Source: Alphaproteobacteria bacterium
Lineage (GTDB): Bacteria; Pseudomonadota; Alphaproteobacteria; JAPOUT01; G958296285
Length of the DNA: 64,000 bases
Reading direction: 5' to 3'
Assembly (NCBI GenBank): GCA_965212075.1
Contig: OZ243043.1
Span: 713,661 to 777,660 of the forward strand
The translations under genes were made by a program, and so were the position numbers. Numbering within the stretch: position 1 is the first letter of the stretch; every line of letters begins with the position of its first letter. Positions 59,814 to 64,000 of this stretch are shown piece by piece. The notes beneath the pieces were generated by a model. That model worked only from the letters and a program-made list of their open reading frames with translations. It searched no databases and had not been told where the DNA came from.

Positions 59814-60503
59814 ATGAGTAAACTACCTCAAGCAGTTATCTTTGACCTTGACGGCACTTTGGTGGATACCGCGCCCGATCTGATCGATACGCTCCGCCAG
59901 ATCATGCAGCGGCACGGCCTGCCCGATATGGAAGCCGCGCAGCTGCGCCAATTTATCGGCGGCGGCGCGCGCGCGCTGATTCAACGAGCCCTCATCGCCG
60001 CCAATCGCCCCGCCGACGACCCGCTGCTCGACCGGTTTGAGCAGGACTTTCTCACCCTTTATGAAAGCCAGCTTGCGCATCTGAGCCGTCTTTTTGACGG
60101 AACGCGCGACGTGCTTGATATGCTCAAGGACAGCCAAACCCTGATGGCCGTCTGCACAAATAAACGGCACGACTTCGCGCGCAAAATCCTGCGCGCCTTT
60201 GAGTTTGACGCCTATTTTGCGGAAGTCGTCGGCAGCGGCCAAAGCCATAAGCGCAAACCCGACCCCGAACCGCTTTTATATTTGCTCGATCGGCTCAAAG
60301 TGGATGCCCGCCAAGCGGTGATGGTCGGCGACAGCATCATAGACATTGAAACCGCGCGCGCGGCTCATGTCGCTGTGCTCGGCGTGAGTTTCGGCTATTC
60401 CGCTACGCCCATCCGCGAGCTGGGTGCCGACCGCTATATTGATCACTGGCGCGAAATGCCGCAAGCGCTCAGTGGGATGGTGTCGGAAACAAGCCTCCCT
60501 TGA
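59814..60503 (+). CDS. HAD-family hydrolase (phosphoglycolate phosphatase-like)
   Basis: Motif I FDLDGTLVDT. Motif III/IV GDSIIDIE. Confidence 0.8.
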   Translation: MSKLPQAVIFDLDGTLVDTAPDLIDTLRQIMQRHGLPDMEAAQLRQFIGGGARALIQRALIAANRPADDPLLDRFEQDFLTLYESQLAHLSRLFDGTRDVLDMLKDSQTLMAVCTNKRHDFARKILRAFEFDAYFAEVVGSGQSHKRKPDPEPLLYLLDRLKVDARQAVMVGDSIIDIETARAAHVAVLGVSFGYSATPIRELGADRYIDHWREMPQALSGMVSETSLP

Positions 60504-60536
60504 CGGCGGGCGTCAGTTGAGGCTTTAACTATATCA

Positions 60537-60612
60537 GGGCGGTTAGCTCAGTTGGTAGAGCGCAGTGTTCACATCGCTGAGGTCGCTGGTTCAAGCCCAG
60601 CACCGCCCACCA
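60537..60612 (+). tRNA. tRNA-Val (anticodon CAC)
   Basis: GGGCGGTTAGCTCAGTTGGTAGAGCGCAGTGTTCACATCGCTGAGGTCGCTGGTTCAAGCCCAGCACCGCCCACCA. The acceptor stem is perfect. The anticodon loop is TTCACAT. CCA is encoded. Confidence 0.9.
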
Positions 60613-60694
60613 TTAAATCTAAATCTCTGTAAACAAACCTCACATTGAGCCCTGTAAATAAGTTTGTCTTTAGATTCAGTGATGGTAGTGTTAA

Positions 60695-61624
60695 ATGGCA
60701 TATACTGAAACAAATCGATTCGCCTTCAAAAATATGTCTCTTGCAACAGAAAAAAAAGTTATACCTATTAAAGGGCATTTTACCCCAATAAAAGATTTAG
60801 TGGGCAGGGTTCATAATACCGACTGCATCAGCTTGATGAGCAAGCTCCGCTCAAATTCTATGGATATGATTTTTGCTGACCCTCCTTTCAATCTCAAAAA
60901 AAAATACACCTCTTATAAAGATAATATGCCACTACAAGAATATTTGGCATGGACAGAAGAATGGCTCGTTGAAAGCATCCGTGTTCTTAAGCCAACGGGC
61001 AGTTTGTTTGTTTATAATATCCCCCGCCTTTTAACTTATACGGCCAATATATTAAATGAAATAGCTGAATTTAGACATTGGATTTCATGGAATTCTAATG
61101 GGCAACCTCTCGGAAAGTCTTTACAGCCTGCACATTATGGGATTTTATTTTATACAAAAACTCGTCAAAATAAATTTTATGATGTTAGAGCGCCCCACGA
61201 AAAATGCAGAAAATGTGATGAATACATAAAGGATTATGGGGGGAAATCTCATTTAAGGCATGAGTTCGGTTATCAAATTAGTGATGTCTGGAACGATATA
61301 CATAGGGTTAGGCATAAATGTAGAAGAATATCATCACATCCTTGCCAGCTACCAGTCCACTTAATTGAACGAATGGTTTTAATGGCAACAGATGTGAATG
61401 ACATTGTGCTTGATCCTTTCGCGGGTTCAGGTGCGGCTGGCATAGCTTCTAAACAGTTAGGGCGACGCTATATAGGAACAGATATTGACAAAGGATATTG
61501 TCGTGAAGCTAATCAAAGGATTGAATCCGCTGTTACCACAAAATATAAAGGAATACATGCTTCAATATTTTTAAAAAAAATCTTAAGTATCAGAGATATA
61601 GATATTAAAAATGGAAAAGCCTGA
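60695..61624 (+). CDS. Beta-class DNA methyltransferase (N6-adenine or N4-cytosine), putative type II modification methylase
   Basis: Motif IV DPPF (IFADPPFNL) lies N-terminal to AdoMet motif I DPFAGSGAAG, which is the beta permutation. The gene is very AT-rich and lies immediately 3' of tRNA-Val. Confidence 0.8.
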   Translation: MAYTETNRFAFKNMSLATEKKVIPIKGHFTPIKDLVGRVHNTDCISLMSKLRSNSMDMIFADPPFNLKKKYTSYKDNMPLQEYLAWTEEWLVESIRVLKPTGSLFVYNIPRLLTYTANILNEIAEFRHWISWNSNGQPLGKSLQPAHYGILFYTKTRQNKFYDVRAPHEKCRKCDEYIKDYGGKSHLRHEFGYQISDVWNDIHRVRHKCRRISSHPCQLPVHLIERMVLMATDVNDIVLDPFAGSGAAGIASKQLGRRYIGTDIDKGYCREANQRIESAVTTKYKGIHASIFLKKILSIRDIDIKNGKA

Positions 61625-62534
61625 TAAAATTACACTAGAAGAATTGAAAGAGAACATGAATATCTTTTTGAGCTTCCCAAAAGTAGAAGAACTTTTGAAA
61701 AAAGATATTCAAGAAAAACTAACAGCTACTATGTTAGCTCATACAAAGAACGGCTCTCGTCCTGATGTTGATGTCCTTTCTGATTATCTTGAAGAGGATA
61801 CAGAAAATCGCTTGAAAATAATTCTTGCAATGTGTGGGGGTTCTTTTGAGAAATTTAAGAGAGTTTATGAAAATGCTTTTTTGGAAAAAAATACTTTTTT
61901 GAAAAAAAACATAAATGATATTCAAAATGATAAATCAATGAGAAATATAATCGCAAAATTATTTTGCTCTCCAGATGCTTCAAAAATTGCAAAAAATATA
62001 CCCCCTTTCATAATTAGGGGGTTTAACTTGCCAAAGAATTGGAAAAATCTATTACAGGATAAATCCTATTTAGAGGCAATAATTTCACCCACACTCCAAG
62101 CTAAATATGCCACGAGCATGGGAGATGCATTAGAAGAAAAAATTGAAAATGTTGCCGAAAGTATTGGAGTAAAATATAAAAAAGGGCCTGTTGAAATCGT
62201 AGATAACAAAGAAGTGGACGTGGCTATTCCAAATTGCTACAAACCAAAAATAATTATAATGTCTTCTTATCAACTTACAACATCGTCTCTTCAATCAAGC
62301 AAAGCTAACGAGCAGGCTAAAATGTATGAAGAAATTAATAAGTATAATCGCCGCCGAAGTCGCAATAAAATGAAAGACATTAAAATGAAAGACATTGTTT
62401 TTGTAAATGTTATTGATGGCGGGGGTTGGCTTGCACGAAATAGAGATTTAGAACATATCTGGAATAACTCGGATTATTGTTTTTCTTGTTCGCAACTTTC
62501 TCATTTGAAAGATGTCATACAATACTATATGTAA
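61611..62534 (+). CDS. Hypothetical protein, candidate cognate type II restriction endonuclease
   Basis: 307 aa. Its start overlaps the methyltransferase stop by 14 nt. It shares the same extreme AT-richness and has no recognisable domain. The restriction-endonuclease call rests on position only. Confidence 0.45.
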   Translation: MEKPDKITLEELKENMNIFLSFPKVEELLKKDIQEKLTATMLAHTKNGSRPDVDVLSDYLEEDTENRLKIILAMCGGSFEKFKRVYENAFLEKNTFLKKNINDIQNDKSMRNIIAKLFCSPDASKIAKNIPPFIIRGFNLPKNWKNLLQDKSYLEAIISPTLQAKYATSMGDALEEKIENVAESIGVKYKKGPVEIVDNKEVDVAIPNCYKPKIIIMSSYQLTTSSLQSSKANEQAKMYEEINKYNRRRSRNKMKDIKMKDIVFVNVIDGGGWLARNRDLEHIWNNSDYCFSCSQLSHLKDVIQYYM

Positions 62535-62554
62535 ATAGGCCAAGACCTTTACTC

Positions 62555-63169
62555 TCACATCCCCGCCTTTTGGACGCTTGGGCGCGCGGAGAGCCGGTCA
62601 TGCCAAGCCTGCAGGTTCTTGTGATCGTCGGGAATCTCAATCCGCGCCATAAAGCCAAAATCCATAGTGCAGATCGCGCTGATGTCGGCAACTGAGAAAT
62701 CTCCGGCGATGAACTCCTTATCGGCCATTTGCTGGTCAAAGAATTTCATCATTTTTTGCGCGCGGCGCTTACTCTCTTCGCCCCAGTCTTTGTTTTGATT
62801 TTCAAGCGCGGCCATCGCCGGATGACAATGGCGAAAATGCATCGCGACCGTCGACAGCCAGAGAAGCTCAACGCGCCGCTGCCACATCTCAATCATCGCC
62901 GCCGACAGCGCATCGGTGCCGAAAAGCGGCGGATCGGGATGAAGCGCCTCAAAATAGCGGCAGATCGCAATGGATTCGGTCATGGCCGCGCCGTCATCCA
63001 GCTCCATCGCCGGAACCTGCGCCAGCGGGCTGATCTTCATATAATCGGGCTGCTTGTGCTCGCCATCCATGATCGAGACGGTCTCGGTCGGTATATCGAT
63101 CCCCTTCTCGGCCAGAAAAATCCGCACCCGACGCGGGTTGGGCGCTAATGGCGTGTCATATAATTTCAT
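62555..63169 (-). CDS. Glutathione S-transferase
   Basis: N-terminal thioredoxin-like GST domain (MKLYDTPLAPNPRRVRIFLAEKGI) and C-terminal helical domain. Confidence 0.85.
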   Translation of the reverse strand: MKLYDTPLAPNPRRVRIFLAEKGIDIPTETVSIMDGEHKQPDYMKISPLAQVPAMELDDGAAMTESIAICRYFEALHPDPPLFGTDALSAAMIEMWQRRVELLWLSTVAMHFRHCHPAMAALENQNKDWGEESKRRAQKMMKFFDQQMADKEFIAGDFSVADISAICTMDFGFMARIEIPDDHKNLQAWHDRLSARPSVQKAGM

Positions 63170-63279
63170 CGATCACTCTCCTATTTTTGACCCCCACTTG
63201 ACCCCTCTTGACCCCTCAGGCCATATCATGACAAAAACATCCTTAATCAGCAAGAAACAAATCAGTGGAGGCTCACAAA

Positions 63280-64000
63280 ATGACTATTGATTTCACAGGC
63301 AAGGTTGCCATCGTCACCGGCTCTGGAGGCGGATTAGGGCGCTGCCACGCCCTTGAGCTGGCGCGGCGCGGCGCTAAAGTCGTCGTCAATGATTTGGGCG
63401 GCAACCCCGACGGCACCGGCGGATCGTCCGAAATGGCCGAGAAGGTCGTCGCCGAAATTAAGGCCGCAGGCGGCGAGGCGATCGCCAACGGCTCCAGCGT
63501 CACCGACGATAAAGGCGTCCAAAAAATGGTCGACGATGCCATGAACGCATGGGGACGCATTGACATCCTCATCAATAATGCCGGTGTGCTGCGCGATAAG
63601 AGCTTCACCAAAATGGAAATCAGCGACTTTGAGTTCGTCGTCGGCATCCATCTGATGGGCACCGTCAAGCCGACCAAAGCCATCTGGCCGATCATGCGCG
63701 AACAAAGCTACGGACGCATCGTGGTCACGACGTCCTCTTCGGGGCTCTACGGCAATTTCGGCCAGACCAATTATGGCGCCGCTAAACTCGCCGTCGTCGG
63801 CTTCATCAATACGCTGAAGATCGAAGGCCAGAAGGATAATATCCACGCCAACGCGCTCGCCCCAGTCGCCTGGACGCGGATGACCAAAGATCTGATGCCG
63901 CCTCAGGCCGAAGAATTGCTGCAGCCGCAATTCGTCACCCCGGGCGTGATGTTCCTCGTCAGCGAGGACGCTCCGACCGGCACGATCCTGTGCGCGGGCG
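63280..64000 (+). CDS. SDR-family oxidoreductase (3-hydroxyacyl-CoA dehydrogenase-like), 3'-truncated at the window edge
   Basis: MTIDFTGKVAIVTGSGGGLGRCHA Rossmann motif. YGNFGQTNYGAAK catalytic YxxxK. GGAGG ribosome-binding site 8 nt upstream. Confidence 0.85.
   Translation, partial: MTIDFTGKVAIVTGSGGGLGRCHALELARRGAKVVVNDLGGNPDGTGGSSEMAEKVVAEIKAAGGEAIANGSSVTDDKGVQKMVDDAMNAWGRIDILINNAGVLRDKSFTKMEISDFEFVVGIHLMGTVKPTKAIWPIMREQSYGRIVVTTSSSGLYGNFGQTNYGAAKLAVVGFINTLKIEGQKDNIHANALAPVAWTRMTKDLMPPQAEELLQPQFVTPGVMFLVSEDAPTGTILCAG

Noticed and set aside
62535-62600. Possible attR-type direct repeat of the tRNA-Val 3' end at the distal edge of island 2
   Set aside because: I looked for a repeat of ...GGTTCAAGCCCAGCACCGCCCACCA and found no convincing match. 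The island boundary is therefore defined only by composition.
1-64000. CRISPR arrays, integrases and transposases
   Set aside because: No regularly spaced direct repeats and no tyrosine or serine recombinase or DDE transposase reading frames were seen on either strand. The two islands therefore cannot be called intact mobile elements.

Overview
This is a chromosomal segment of roughly 57% GC that is consistent with an alphaproteobacterial origin. The supporting features are a circularly permuted two-piece tmRNA with an adjacent sspB, a GTTC-N7-GTTC LexA box upstream of recA, a DUF1476 zeta-inhibitor gene, hflKC, and an alphaproteobacterial purC-purS-purQ-purL order. Most of the window is core genome. 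It carries tuf, thrS, cysS, alaS, recA, pur genes, folE, hisI, moaA, nadK, icd, rpsD, thyA-folA, fumC, miaA, serB, degP and hflKC. It also carries five tRNAs (Gly, Tyr, Thr, Leu, Val) and ssrA. Two visibly AT-rich accessory islands sit next to tRNA genes and neither carries an integrase or transposase. Island 1 (about 1.4-8.2 kb) splits the conserved tRNA-Thr / tRNA-Tyr / tRNA-Gly / tuf cluster. It contains a 1068-aa single-chain type IIG/IIL restriction-modification enzyme (PD-(D/E)xK nuclease, gamma-class N6A methyltransferase, target-recognition domain), a GC-rich alpha/beta hydrolase, and on the other side of tRNA-Thr a tightly coupled two-gene cassette of unknown function (a polytopic membrane/coiled-coil protein plus a secreted Cys-rich protein). 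Island 2 (60.6-62.5 kb) lies directly 3' of tRNA-Val(CAC). It carries a beta-class DNA methyltransferase overlapping a 307-aa protein with no recognisable family, which is a candidate novel type II restriction endonuclease. Other notable points are an orphan CoxL-like molybdopterin subunit beside an unknown 355-aa protein, a DksA homologue lacking the Zn-finger cysteines, a hybrid histidine kinase with a tandem (QQHHA)n repeat, and a small basic ORF with a strong Shine-Dalgarno sequence just upstream of ssrA. Hand-counted coordinates (tRNAs, motifs, the ssrA pieces, the gene 5 and 29 starts) may be off by 1-2 nt; CDS limits derived from ORF-track ends by codon arithmetic are exact.
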